Shown here: piece after piece, positions 9,830 to 19,505 of the stretch
Layout of the letters: each line of letters begins with the position of its first letter
How positions within the stretch are numbered: the stretch's first letter is position 1
Made by a program: the position numbers and the translations under genes
Virus record (IMG/VR): IMGVR_UViG_3300042868_013265
Span: 1 to 64,000 of that record
DNA length: 64,000 bases
Direction: 5' to 3' (one strand)
Source: an uncultured virus (IMG/VR IMGVR_UViG_3300042868_013265)
Taxonomy: Duplodnaviria > Heunggongvirae > Uroviricota > Caudoviricetes
Notes under the pieces: model-generated
The model's input: only the letters and a program-made list of their open reading frames with translations
The model's database searches: none
What the model was told of the DNA's origin: nothing

Positions 9830-10610
9830 TGTTGAAAAAGAAGTTGTTCTCGCGGCTTATGACAAGCAACTTGGTAATTATACCACAGCGGAAGACATAA
9901 CCAAATTGATTGGTATGGTCACGAAGTGGCGAATTATGTTGGGCTTGAGTAAAGAGATGAGTGAAGAAGAACTGAAAATCAATGTGCAGTTCATTAAATC
10001 AAACTATCAAAAATTCACCTTGAAGGATATTGACATCGCAATCAATTGGTCCTTACAGGGAAAACTTGGGGTTACCGTTGAGCCTTACGGTGCATTTTCT
10101 CCGCTGTATATCAGCAGGATTCTGAATGCCTATGGTGCTAAAGCAGAAGATATGATAAATGAGATTATGCAAAGGCGAAAAATGGAAGCGCGTTTGCAAG
10201 CGTCAGAAAAAACTGTTTTGACCTACGAGGAAACGATAAAACAACGAAGAAATTATGTGGTGTGGTTTATCAATAAAATCAAAACAGAGAATAAGTACCT
10301 TGGAGACTTTGACAACATTATGTGGGATTTTGTCACCAAATACAACCTGATTAAAGTCAGTGAAAAATGGACTGAAGAGGCAAGCGAATTTGCTGATGGT
10401 GAAATTTTACGTGAAAATATGGATGAGGGATATGCGAAATTTTACGATAAATTACAGTTTAACGATAAAAAAATCGAGATGAAGAAACGTCGTGAAATGT
10501 ATGGCCGATATTACCTCTTAAAGAAATTTTGTGCAACAATTGAAAATCCCGAGGAGTGGATTTCCAAATACGAAGACAGTATGTTAATAGCACCCCCTAA
10601 AAGCAAATAG
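9723..10610 (+). CDS. Replication-associated protein, possible helicase loader
   Basis: Follows the initiator; YGAFSPLYISRILNAY motif; start uncertain because of a long overlap. Confidence 0.5.
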   Translation: MKDHNTNKSLSKVTSQEQSLSLTKSQANLAVWTRNSVEKEVVLAAYDKQLGNYTTAEDITKLIGMVTKWRIMLGLSKEMSEEELKINVQFIKSNYQKFTLKDIDIAINWSLQGKLGVTVEPYGAFSPLYISRILNAYGAKAEDMINEIMQRRKMEARLQASEKTVLTYEETIKQRRNYVVWFINKIKTENKYLGDFDNIMWDFVTKYNLIKVSEKWTEEASEFADGEILRENMDEGYAKFYDKLQFNDKKIEMKKRREMYGRYYLLKKFCATIENPEEWISKYEDSMLIAPPKSK

Positions 10611-10611
10611 A

Positions 10612-11247
10612 ATGGAAGAATTTAGCACCCTTTGTTTGGGTATCCCGACAATTAATCAAGCGGAACTTTTGAATAAAGCCCTTGAAACTTATAAGGATAC
10701 TTTCTACGGTAGACACATATTTGTCGTAGATAATGGAAACCAAGAAATAAACAGGGTTTCTCAGTCGATGAAAATTATGGTTCAAAAGCAAAATTTGGGC
10801 GTGGCGGCTTCGTGGAATTTAATGTGCAGAATGGCATTTTCATCAGGCTACACCCATATTGCAATAATGAACGATGACATCGTTTGCGAAAAATACGCGG
10901 ATGACCTTGAAGACTTTATCGATATTACAGGAGCGGGAATTTACACAGGGTACAAAAACTTTAGTGTGTTCATCATTTCATACGAAACATACAAGTTTAT
11001 TGGTCCATTTGATGAGGATTTCATCGGTGCTTACTTTGAAGATAGTGATTACCTATACAGGTGTAAATTGAAAGGCGTATTCATCGAACAAACGGAATTG
11101 TTGAATCCTGAAATGTACCATCAGTCTATGAGTATTCGTAAAGACCCAAACTTGAATAAAAACTTTGAGGAAAACAAAGCGCGATATATCAAAAAGTGGG
11201 GCGGTGTTCCAACTGAAGAAAAATATTTAACCCCTTATAACCAATAA
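10612..11247 (+). CDS. GT2-family glycosyltransferase
   Basis: VVDNG, NLGVAASWN, MNDD and FEDSD motifs. Confidence 0.85.
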   Translation: MEEFSTLCLGIPTINQAELLNKALETYKDTFYGRHIFVVDNGNQEINRVSQSMKIMVQKQNLGVAASWNLMCRMAFSSGYTHIAIMNDDIVCEKYADDLEDFIDITGAGIYTGYKNFSVFIISYETYKFIGPFDEDFIGAYFEDSDYLYRCKLKGVFIEQTELLNPEMYHQSMSIRKDPNLNKNFEENKARYIKKWGGVPTEEKYLTPYNQ

Positions 11248-11248
11248 T

Positions 11249-11524
11249 ATGAAAAATCAAGAAAATGAAATGAAACCTACAATATTTGATTGGATGGTCA
11301 AATTATTTGAGTTCCCTGCAGTCATCCTCATTGCAATTATTTGGTTCGCCAAATTTATGTATGAAGCGAAAAAAAGGCAATTCGAAAATGAGGATTACAG
11401 TAATGCAATTTTGAGAGTTTGGAAAGAAAACGTCGATTACGCGAATTTTTTCTTGTTCTTATGGAAAATGCCCGTGACAATTCTTTTTTGGTCATCACTC
11501 ATTTGTTTTATGATATTTTTATGA
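11249..11524 (+). CDS. Small membrane protein
   Basis: Two hydrophobic segments. Confidence 0.55.
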   Translation: MKNQENEMKPTIFDWMVKLFEFPAVILIAIIWFAKFMYEAKKRQFENEDYSNAILRVWKENVDYANFFLFLWKMPVTILFWSSLICFMIFL

Positions 11525-11826
11525 AATTCAGAGACCCTCAAATTTACGCGGTAGAAATACACTCCAAAGACCCGAGCAGAAAAGTCAGTGCACCATTTGA
11601 ATATTTGTACGAATATTCCCTGAAAGATGGTTGGTATAACGGAAGTAAACAGCCCGAGTTTGCTAAGAAATTAACACTCTCAGAAGCAAGTATGTTTATT
11701 TCATCATTTTCTAAAATGTATCCTGAATTTTTTCATATAACATTGATAAAATCATACAACGTGCCTATAGAATTAGGTAAAAACAATACAATAATTTTAG
11801 AATCATCGATGAATTCAATGCAATAA
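11521..11826 (+). CDS. Hypothetical protein
   Basis: ATG at 11521 (ATGA overlap with previous stop) is more plausible than the TTG start in the ORF track. Confidence 0.55.
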   Translation: MKFRDPQIYAVEIHSKDPSRKVSAPFEYLYEYSLKDGWYNGSKQPEFAKKLTLSEASMFISSFSKMYPEFFHITLIKSYNVPIELGKNNTIILESSMNSMQ

Positions 11827-11860
11827 ATAAAAACCAAAAAATATTTTAGAAAATATAATT

Positions 11861-12196
11861 ATGAGCGAAGAAAAAAAAGCCCCCGCACCAATTCAAATTT
11901 CTCACACCTACACTCTTGCTGATTATAACGTAGTTAAAAAGGCAAAACTGATACTGAAAGACGGCCATATGGTCAAGTGTCATAAATGTGGCCCTCAGTT
12001 GGTGCCAAATAATCAATTGGGAACGTTGGCACCCCTGTATGAGCATTGTTCAACACATTGTTCGCGAGCATTGATTGGTGTTGAAAACGATAAGGTAGTT
12101 TATATCCAAACTTGTGAAGTTCAGAATCAGAAATTCATCATTGATAATGCGAATGCTTCAACTGAGAAACAAAGCAATTTGATTGTAAATCGATGA
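11861..12196 (+). CDS. Cys/His-rich hypothetical protein
   Basis: CHKC and HCSTHC motifs; A-rich leader. Confidence 0.6.
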   Translation: MSEEKKAPAPIQISHTYTLADYNVVKKAKLILKDGHMVKCHKCGPQLVPNNQLGTLAPLYEHCSTHCSRALIGVENDKVVYIQTCEVQNQKFIIDNANASTEKQSNLIVNR

Positions 12197-13419
12197 AAAG
12201 AGTTTTAGCATATATGGACTTTGATAGTCCCACGGGTTTTGGAAATGTATCTAAGAATCTTTTCGAAAGGTTGACACCATTCTTTGAAAAAAATCAAATC
12301 CAAGTAGACGTGTGTGCTACGAATTATGGGAACAAAGAAACGTATCAATTTCACAAAACTGTTACAGTCTACAACGCGAAAAATTTTGCTAAGGACCTCA
12401 GAGATAAATGGTATCGTGATGGTTTTCTGAAGTTGCTTCAAAGCAAACCTTACGACCTTGTATGGATGATGAATGATTTACCCGTAATCAATTCATTTAT
12501 GTCAGTGATGCCACGAATAAGGGAAACTAAAGCCAAATTAATGCATCCTGATTTTAAACTTCTGTTGTACACGCCAATTGATAGCCCCCCTGACGTATCT
12601 TGGTTGAAATCGGCTAAAGAGATAGACCAAATTGTCACTTACACCCAATATGGATTCAGTGAAATTCAAAATATCAAACGATTGAAAAACCTTTTGGTCG
12701 TACCCCACGGTTTTGACACAAAGAATTTTTTTGAACAATCAGGTAAAAAGCAAGAATGTCGAAAACGAGCGGGCATCCCTCAGGATAAATTCGTAATTGG
12801 CACAGTCAACAAAAATCAGCCAAGAAAAGATATGGCTAATGCTTTAATTGCCTTTTCTGAATTTAAGAATGCTTTACCCAAAGACAATAATGCATTTTTG
12901 TATTTGCACACATATTTTGATGACCCAACAGGAGTTAATCTACGTTCAGTGGGTGACAGGTTAGGGCTTGTTTGGGACAAAGATTATTCAATGCCGATGC
13001 ACAAAAAATACACCGATGGGGCGTACACTCTTGAAGATATGAATGATGTTTACAATTCATTCGATGTTTTTTTGACCACCTCCACGGCTGAAGGATGGGG
13101 TTTGACTCTGACTGAGGCCATCTGCTGCAAATTGCCTGTGATTTATGGTGCTCACACATCATTAAAAGAAATTGCGGGTACCCTTACAACGGGCAAGTGC
13201 GACCAATTGATAAAAACTGTACAAAATAATGATGGCAACGCAATACGGTACAAATTAAATCCCGTACAAATTGCTAATCGGATGTTGAGTTTTTATAAAA
13301 GATATGAAGCATCACAAACCAATATAGAGGCCGATGAGTGTGATAAAATTATCAAAAAGTACAATTGGGATACCATAGCAATTAAGTGGTCGGAAATTAT
13401 TGCTAAATTGCTTAAATGA
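12193..13419 (+). CDS. GT4-family (GT-B) glycosyltransferase
   Basis: PTGFG, PHG, NQPRK and EGWGLTLTEA (Ex7E) motifs. Confidence 0.88.
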   Translation: MKRVLAYMDFDSPTGFGNVSKNLFERLTPFFEKNQIQVDVCATNYGNKETYQFHKTVTVYNAKNFAKDLRDKWYRDGFLKLLQSKPYDLVWMMNDLPVINSFMSVMPRIRETKAKLMHPDFKLLLYTPIDSPPDVSWLKSAKEIDQIVTYTQYGFSEIQNIKRLKNLLVVPHGFDTKNFFEQSGKKQECRKRAGIPQDKFVIGTVNKNQPRKDMANALIAFSEFKNALPKDNNAFLYLHTYFDDPTGVNLRSVGDRLGLVWDKDYSMPMHKKYTDGAYTLEDMNDVYNSFDVFLTTSTAEGWGLTLTEAICCKLPVIYGAHTSLKEIAGTLTTGKCDQLIKTVQNNDGNAIRYKLNPVQIANRMLSFYKRYEASQTNIEADECDKIIKKYNWDTIAIKWSEIIAKLLK

Positions 13420-13556
13420 AATGGGAAGACTACCTGACCGTCTTATTGGTGATGTCAAATACAGTTTGGTATTTTTTATTCAAAGTGGTTCGGAAGGTTG
13501 CTGAATCAAGACGGGACATTATTAATCAACTTTTAGAGGAAAAGAAAAGGGCGTAA
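13416..13556 (+). CDS. Small membrane protein (46 aa, not in ORF track)
   Basis: MKWEDYLTVLLVMSNTVWYFLFKVVRK...; ATGA overlap with the previous stop. Confidence 0.45.
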   Translation: MKWEDYLTVLLVMSNTVWYFLFKVVRKVAESRRDIINQLLEEKKRA

Positions 13557-13571
13557 CATTCCGCTACGCCC
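13540..13571 (-). terminator. Terminator hairpin between convergent genes
   Basis: GGGCGTA/TACGCCC stem with a T-rich tail on the minus strand. Confidence 0.55.
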
Positions 13572-13617
13572 ACTCCTCAGCCGAGTTTGTTCAGACAAAC
13601 TTGATACAAGTCGTTAA

Positions 13618-13725
13618 TTAACGATTCTTGTAAACCAAGTAAGCGAGCAAAGCAATGGTGATGGTGTTGTGAACATTCACTCCACCCAACCAATTGGGGC
13701 TTTTGATGTCGAAAATTCCATTCAT
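13618..13725 (-). CDS. Stand-alone 35-aa membrane microprotein (not in ORF track)
   Basis: MNGIFDIKSPNWLGGVNVHNTITIALLAYLVYKNR; A-run leader; downstream terminator. Confidence 0.6.
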   Translation of the reverse strand: MNGIFDIKSPNWLGGVNVHNTITIALLAYLVYKNR

Positions 13726-13923
13726 AGTTTTTTTGTCATAAATTTGACTCTACAAATATCAATTACAAATTCATTGAATCTGTAAAATTGTTAATTGTAG
13801 TAAAATAAAATTAATTATTTTACTGCAAAAGTTTAATAATCAATAACTTACAACCGTTCAATAATGGATAAATGATATTAAAAGAAACTTAAAAACACTT
13901 TAATACACCCAATTTACATCATT

Positions 13924-14310
13924 ATGAGAAATGGACCTAAGTCTTTGTCACAAACACCCGCACCAAAAAAGGAACAAATACGGGGTAGTAAAATTAATCG
14001 TTCAGGAAGTGCTTCAAGTAAAGCAAGTGCAAAATCAATTCAATTTAGCGAAGCCCTTGACAAGACAGTTCGGGCCAAAGTGTCATCACACAATTTGAAA
14101 TACCCGAACAAAAAAATCACTGTGCCTACAGCGAAAGCGGTAGTAAGGAGGGGTATGGGCGCATATTCAACATCACATAGACCTACTATTAGTGGAGGGG
14201 CTCCAAATTCAAGAACTGCGTGGGGTCTTGCAAGGCTAAATAAGTTTATGGAAAAGAAAGTCGGGAAGCCTGTCAAACGCGCTTATATCCAAGATGATGA
14301 TTTACTTTGA
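13924..14310 (+). CDS. Basic viral protein of unknown function
   Basis: VVRRGMGAYSTSHRP...WGLARLNKF, resembling a motif family recalled from giant viruses and phages. Confidence 0.65.
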   Translation: MRNGPKSLSQTPAPKKEQIRGSKINRSGSASSKASAKSIQFSEALDKTVRAKVSSHNLKYPNKKITVPTAKAVVRRGMGAYSTSHRPTISGGAPNSRTAWGLARLNKFMEKKVGKPVKRAYIQDDDLL

Positions 14311-14328
14311 TATAGATATGGCTATATG

Positions 14329-14359
14329 TTTGAATTACAAGAAAAATACACCAAATTTG
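14329..14359 (+). promoter_or_regulatory. Near-consensus Bacteroidota promoter
   Basis: TTTG-N19-CAAATTTG just upstream of ATG 14367. Confidence 0.45.
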
Positions 14360-14366
14360 TATTAAT

Positions 14367-16661
14367 ATGTCATTTAAAGACGTTTTAAATAAAAATTATG
14401 CGCACACTCAAAATTCGGTGAAAAAATACGAAGTGGGTGGTAAAGTAGTAACCAAAGAAGGTGCTACTAATGATGCAAAGAAAGGAGGTTATTTTGATGG
14501 TAGGCCCCACTCCAAAGGTGGCATAAAAGCCGTTAACATCGATAATAATCAACCGATAGAAGTCGAAGGTGGCGAAGTCGTTATCACAAAACGCGCAGTT
14601 GCTGACGACACGAAAAAAGAATTTGAAGGCAAGATGATGACCAACAAACAAATCTTGTCAAAAATAAATGAATCAGGTGGTGGAGTTTCTTTTGAAAAAG
14701 GTGGACAAGTCAAATCAGACGATTCATCATTTTCTAACGGTGGTAAGTTGGATGAAGATGAATACTATATTTCGGATGAAGATTTGAATTTTGAAATTGA
14801 CGAAAAAGAGTTTGCGGATGGTGGTGTTACTCCTACAAAGAACGAAATTGAAACACTCATTATTCGAATAGCCGATATTCAAAATCCCGAAAAACTGAGT
14901 AACAAAGGTGTTACCAAAAAGTATCTTGGAACTTATGAGCAAATTTTTGAAATGGTAGTTTCCGCTGAGGATGTGGACGAAAAGTTTGAATCATTCGGTC
15001 AAAACGAAAAAGGCAAAGACTTTAACTATTTCACTATTACGTTGACGAATCCTGTTGTAAGATTTGATACAGACCAAGAAGGGGTAGAATTTTTTAAGAA
15101 TTTGTTTGGTGTAGACTATGTGAAGGTAATTTATAAAAACGCGCTTAGTACTCAAGAAGTAAAGATTTTAGATATCGTGAATTTAAAAAATTTGCAAAAT
15201 GAATTTGCAGATTTGGAAGAATTACAAGATGCTTTAGTTCAAAAGAAAACTGTTTTAATGGATGCATTTACCAAGACAGATTTGAAAAATGCTCTTAAAA
15301 AATTGAATGGTGGCACTGATGGTAAGGGTATTTACTATTTAAGTAATACTAAAGGTTACAGTGGTACACGTAAAAAGGAATATTATGGGATTACACAAGA
15401 GGGTATTGACTATTTAAAAAATCTTTCTTTGTCAAACTCCAATACGCCTACGGCAGATGAAAATCAAGAACTCCCAAGTACTGTAGAGTTCCCATATTTT
15501 GCTCCCGATGCGGTAAAAGAGTATAATCCTGAAGCCCTGACTGTTGAGAAAAGGCGTATTGATAATTTAATTTTAAGCCAAGAGTTTGAAAACAAAATTG
15601 AAAAAAAGAAAAAAATTGTTAATGCTGCTACCGAAATATTAAAAGACATACCTGTTGAAAACGTATTAGAAAGGGTAGAATTATCTTTGTTGAGGGATGC
15701 TGAAGAAAAGGAATTGCAATTATTGGAAAATCCAACATTGCAAAAAGTTAAAAAAGAATTTTCTCTCCGTTTTTACAGCGGTAACATTTTGGAAGACTTA
15801 ATACAAGCAGGTCAAATTGAACAAACAAATCTTGTCAATTTTAGGCCAAATGAAGCAAATTTGCGCTCCAAATACAATGCATTAATGCTATATATTATAG
15901 ATTATCCAACCTCTTACGTTGCACATTGGATTGAGAATTTTTTTGGTAAATTTATGCTGTATAGCGATTCTTACAATTTTGATTATGCGAGTTTGAGTAA
16001 TTTTTCAAACATACCTCCAACGATAAGCAAAGTAGGTAGGCTTTTGAATTTAAATAACAAAAAAGTGATGTATGTTCCTGAATTAGTTTTTCAAGGATTA
16101 TCACAGCCATATGACAGGGTAGGGTTCGAAGTTTTTCCTATTTCGTACTATGCAACGAATTGGGATTATGCTGATTGGTTTGCAACTACCAAAGGACAAA
16201 AATTAAACACGAGGGGCGTTATTCTTCCGTGTTTTTTAAATATTCGAAGGGCTTTGGAATTAAGTTTCTTTTCCATCCAAAAAGTTAGCCCTACACAATT
16301 TTTCGATGCCGTTTATTTACAAACAGGTTTGACACCTGAAGAGTTGAAAGTAAATCCTGCCTTTTTATCACCCAACACACCTGATATGGAAGTTTGGGTT
16401 TACATAAGGAGTAATACAGAAATGTTAAAAATCTTGAAAGAATCAAAAATTGTGGATGGTATTCATATGTATGAAAATAACCCCGCAGTGGATGAAAATG
16501 ACGCAGCATATATGACCGAAGTTTGGGTGACTTTTTATCCTGAACAAACTAAAGTGGCTCCATTGTTTCAATATGCAGATGTGATTTATGGTGCTCGTAA
16601 AGAAGTAGACCGAGGATGGTTTACTAAGTCGCAATTTTTAAAAAGTGGAGGTACGATATGA
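14367..16661 (+). CDS. Polyvalent-type protein with a C-terminal ADP-ribosyltransferase-like (ART-PolyVal-like) domain
   Basis: N-terminal GRPHSKGGI...EVEGGEVVI; C-terminal LVFQG...YYATNWDYADWFA...GVILPCFLNIRRAL...DGI...WVTFYPEQTK. Confidence 0.6.
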   Translation: MSFKDVLNKNYAHTQNSVKKYEVGGKVVTKEGATNDAKKGGYFDGRPHSKGGIKAVNIDNNQPIEVEGGEVVITKRAVADDTKKEFEGKMMTNKQILSKINESGGGVSFEKGGQVKSDDSSFSNGGKLDEDEYYISDEDLNFEIDEKEFADGGVTPTKNEIETLIIRIADIQNPEKLSNKGVTKKYLGTYEQIFEMVVSAEDVDEKFESFGQNEKGKDFNYFTITLTNPVVRFDTDQEGVEFFKNLFGVDYVKVIYKNALSTQEVKILDIVNLKNLQNEFADLEELQDALVQKKTVLMDAFTKTDLKNALKKLNGGTDGKGIYYLSNTKGYSGTRKKEYYGITQEGIDYLKNLSLSNSNTPTADENQELPSTVEFPYFAPDAVKEYNPEALTVEKRRIDNLILSQEFENKIEKKKKIVNAATEILKDIPVENVLERVELSLLRDAEEKELQLLENPTLQKVKKEFSLRFYSGNILEDLIQAGQIEQTNLVNFRPNEANLRSKYNALMLYIIDYPTSYVAHWIENFFGKFMLYSDSYNFDYASLSNFSNIPPTISKVGRLLNLNNKKVMYVPELVFQGLSQPYDRVGFEVFPISYYATNWDYADWFATTKGQKLNTRGVILPCFLNIRRALELSFFSIQKVSPTQFFDAVYLQTGLTPEELKVNPAFLSPNTPDMEVWVYIRSNTEMLKILKESKIVDGIHMYENNPAVDENDAAYMTEVWVTFYPEQTKVAPLFQYADVIYGARKEVDRGWFTKSQFLKSGGTI

Positions 16662-18088
16662 ACATCGGTCAAATATATAAATTTGGAGGAGTCAATTTAA
16701 GTGGACTAAGCGCGGCTAAACTTAATGGTAAAACAATAAATAATGTCGAAATTGATGGTAACTATATCCAATCAATTTATTGGGCTAATGATTATTTCTA
16801 TGGCCTTCCAAGCGAAAACAAAATACCAATATTGATACAGTTATCTAAGAATGATTACAGTAAGATTTTTTTGGTTGGATTTTTTAAACACCAATTTTTT
16901 GATGAAATTTCTTCTACTGACGAAACTGTCAATTTCGAAATAAAAATGAATCCTGTTGTGATTCGGAACTCATATGGTTTTTATTATGAAGAAGAGGCTT
17001 ATGATTTCTTTATGGACCTGAATGAGCGATATCAACAACAGCAAACAGGTAATCCACCACCACAGGAGCAAGAACAAAAAATGTTATTGGCTCGATTTGA
17101 TATCAACTCAGACAATTATTTGTATGTGTATGAATCAGAAATGACACCTGATTCGAGTGGTAATTTTACGGGAGAATACGTTACTACACTTGATTTAAGA
17201 CAGGCAAAACTTAATCAATCAACTGCGTTAGTAAAAGATTATACGGTAGATGTAAATGGACAAGAGGTCAATTTTTTATTGGTTTATGATAAAAATTTCA
17301 GTGATAAAGTTTCTTTGCCTATCCCAACGATTTTAAGTGGTAATGGAGGACCTTCCACTACTACATACTTTATGATTCCCCTGCAAAACGATGGTACAGG
17401 TCACGGAGAGCCACCACAAACGCCTTCACAGGGCTCACAGGGCTCACAGGGCTCACAGGGCTCACAGGGTTCACAGGGTTCTCAGGGTTCTCAGGGTTCT
17501 CAGGGTTCCCAAGGTTCTCAGGGTTCCCAAGGTTCTCAAGGCTCAGGTGGTTCACAGGGTTCTCAGGGTTCTCAGGGTTCTCAAGGTTCAGGTGGTTCGC
17601 AGGGCTCTCAAGGCTCACAGGGTTCTCAGGGTTCTCAGGGTTCTCAAGGTTCTCAAGGCTCACAGGGTTCTCAGGGTTCCCAAGGTTCTCAAGGCTCAGG
17701 TGGTTCACAGGGTTCTCAAGGTTCGCAGGGCTCGCAAGGCTCTCAGGGTTCTCAGGGCTCTCAAGGTTCTAAGGGTTCATCAGGCTCGCGTGGTGCGAGT
17801 ACATCAGGGACTTCAGGAAGAGCGGGTAATTTACAAGGAGGGCAAGATAGCGGTGCCGTATATGGTGATACTCAAACTGAAGATATTCCATTAATACAAA
17901 TGGTTGCAGACACACTTAATAAAACTACAAACCAAGTACGCGGTCAACTTAGAACTGCGGGTTCCGCTATGATGTTCCTTGCATCAAATCCTCAAGCAAT
18001 TGAACCTATCAAACAAAATTTAGGCGTAGCAAATACCAACATATCAATGAATGATTTGGCAAAAAAAATAATTGAAAAAATAAGATAA
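16658..18088 (+). CDS. Protein with a (Gly-Ser-Gln)n repeat
   Basis: Globular N-terminus followed by about 38 GSQ-type triplets. Confidence 0.75.
   Translation: MNIGQIYKFGGVNLSGLSAAKLNGKTINNVEIDGNYIQSIYWANDYFYGLPSENKIPILIQLSKNDYSKIFLVGFFKHQFFDEISSTDETVNFEIKMNPVVIRNSYGFYYEEEAYDFFMDLNERYQQQQTGNPPPQEQEQKMLLARFDINSDNYLYVYESEMTPDSSGNFTGEYVTTLDLRQAKLNQSTALVKDYTVDVNGQEVNFLLVYDKNFSDKVSLPIPTILSGNGGPSTTTYFMIPLQNDGTGHGEPPQTPSQGSQGSQGSQGSQGSQGSQGSQGSQGSQGSQGSQGSQGSGGSQGSQGSQGSQGSGGSQGSQGSQGSQGSQGSQGSQGSQGSQGSQGSQGSGGSQGSQGSQGSQGSQGSQGSQGSKGSSGSRGASTSGTSGRAGNLQGGQDSGAVYGDTQTEDIPLIQMVADTLNKTTNQVRGQLRTAGSAMMFLASNPQAIEPIKQNLGVANTNISMNDLAKKIIEKIR
17426..17773 (+). repeat. 9-bp coding tandem repeat encoding GSQ
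   Basis: tcacagggc / tctcagggt / tctcaaggt units. Confidence 0.95.
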
Positions 18089-18096
18089 TAAATTAT

Positions 18097-19500
18097 ATGG
18101 CACAAAGAGGCACATTAGAATACTATCAGGAAATCGTTAATGATACGAACAATCCTGAATTACTTAGAAATCAAGCACAAAAGCAAATTGACCGTTTGGC
18201 TTCGATTGGCTCTGCTCAGGTTCAAACAGGTGCCGTAACAGGCAATATGGACCCACAAATTCAAGCGGTGATAAATGCGATGCAGGCTGCAGTAAATGCA
18301 TATGCGGGAAAGTCAGCAAATCCACAGCAAATCAAACAAATTGTAGACGATGAAATTGCAAAAGCAAAAATTGATTTTTCTCAGTTGAGCGATGGATTGA
18401 AGGCAATGCTTCAGTCTCAGGTTAAAGTTGAATTGACTTTACGTCAAATGGCCGTAGTTTCTACTAAAGTCGTAAGTAATTCCTTTATTAAACGCCCGCT
18501 TGTTCAAGATTTGTTATCTGACGTGCAAGCACGAAATAACGCATATTTGTATGGCGGTGCAGGAACGGGTAAAACATTTACTGCGGGTGAAATAGCGGAT
18601 TTGTTGGATTGGGAATTGATTACTTTAAATTGTAACCAATTTACTTCTCCAATTGATATCATCGGAGGTCAAACTATTGATGGTTATCAAGAGGGTAAAG
18701 TATCTATGGCTTGGGCAAATGAAATCATTTCCCCAAATGGAGACAAAAGAAAAGTATCAGGAGTCGTTTTGCTGTTAGATGAGTTGCCTAAACTTGACCC
18801 AAACACTGCGGGTTTGTTAAACGAAGCGTTAGCCAAAGTCAAAGATTTCAAATTGGATAAAGTGACGGGTGCAATTAAGCCACCAACTATATTGAATGGT
18901 CGAAATGAAAAATTGGTTTTGGGTAATTTGATGGTAATTGCAACGGGTAACGTACCCTTAAATACTATTGACCCTGACTATGAAGCAAACTTCAAACAGG
19001 ATTTGTCTTTGCAAGACCGTTTTGTCGGAAGCACATATAAAATCTTTGTAGATTATGAATATGAATTCAATTCAATTATGGAAGGTTTCGCATTCATATG
19101 GATTTATGGTACCAAATTGCGCGAAAAAGTGATTTCATTGAACGCCACAGGACAAGCGTTTGTATCAATTCGTTTAATGATGAACTTAAAAGAGACTTAC
19201 AAGGTTTACAGAGAGGTAGTGGACAAGAACAAGCAAAATGTTGGGAATCAAGCATTTGATTTAATTACAGAACCTAAGACGATTATTGAATCTCTTCAAA
19301 CCTTTTTAGATTTGTTCAAACCTGCAATTAAACAAGCAATTCAAGATGACCCAATGACCAATCTTGATAATTTTAAAGTAATTGTAGATGCAAAAAATCA
19401 AATGCCATATGACCCAAAAGCACCAAATTTCAACACGCAATCGGAACTCAGTGAGGCCGAAAGAATGATTAAAGCATACGAGGCGAGTAAAAATTCGTAA
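18097..19500 (+). CDS. MoxR/CobS-like AAA+ ATPase
   Basis: Walker A GGAGTGKT, Walker B LLLDE, ATGN and DRF motifs. Confidence 0.85.
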   Translation: MAQRGTLEYYQEIVNDTNNPELLRNQAQKQIDRLASIGSAQVQTGAVTGNMDPQIQAVINAMQAAVNAYAGKSANPQQIKQIVDDEIAKAKIDFSQLSDGLKAMLQSQVKVELTLRQMAVVSTKVVSNSFIKRPLVQDLLSDVQARNNAYLYGGAGTGKTFTAGEIADLLDWELITLNCNQFTSPIDIIGGQTIDGYQEGKVSMAWANEIISPNGDKRKVSGVVLLLDELPKLDPNTAGLLNEALAKVKDFKLDKVTGAIKPPTILNGRNEKLVLGNLMVIATGNVPLNTIDPDYEANFKQDLSLQDRFVGSTYKIFVDYEYEFNSIMEGFAFIWIYGTKLREKVISLNATGQAFVSIRLMMNLKETYKVYREVVDKNKQNVGNQAFDLITEPKTIIESLQTFLDLFKPAIKQAIQDDPMTNLDNFKVIVDAKNQMPYDPKAPNFNTQSELSEAERMIKAYEASKNS

Positions 19501-19505
19501 TTGAT

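Noticed and set aside
17370..17894. HRA/VLR and ENP repeat ORFs
   Set aside because: Off-frame or antisense readings of the GSQ repeat
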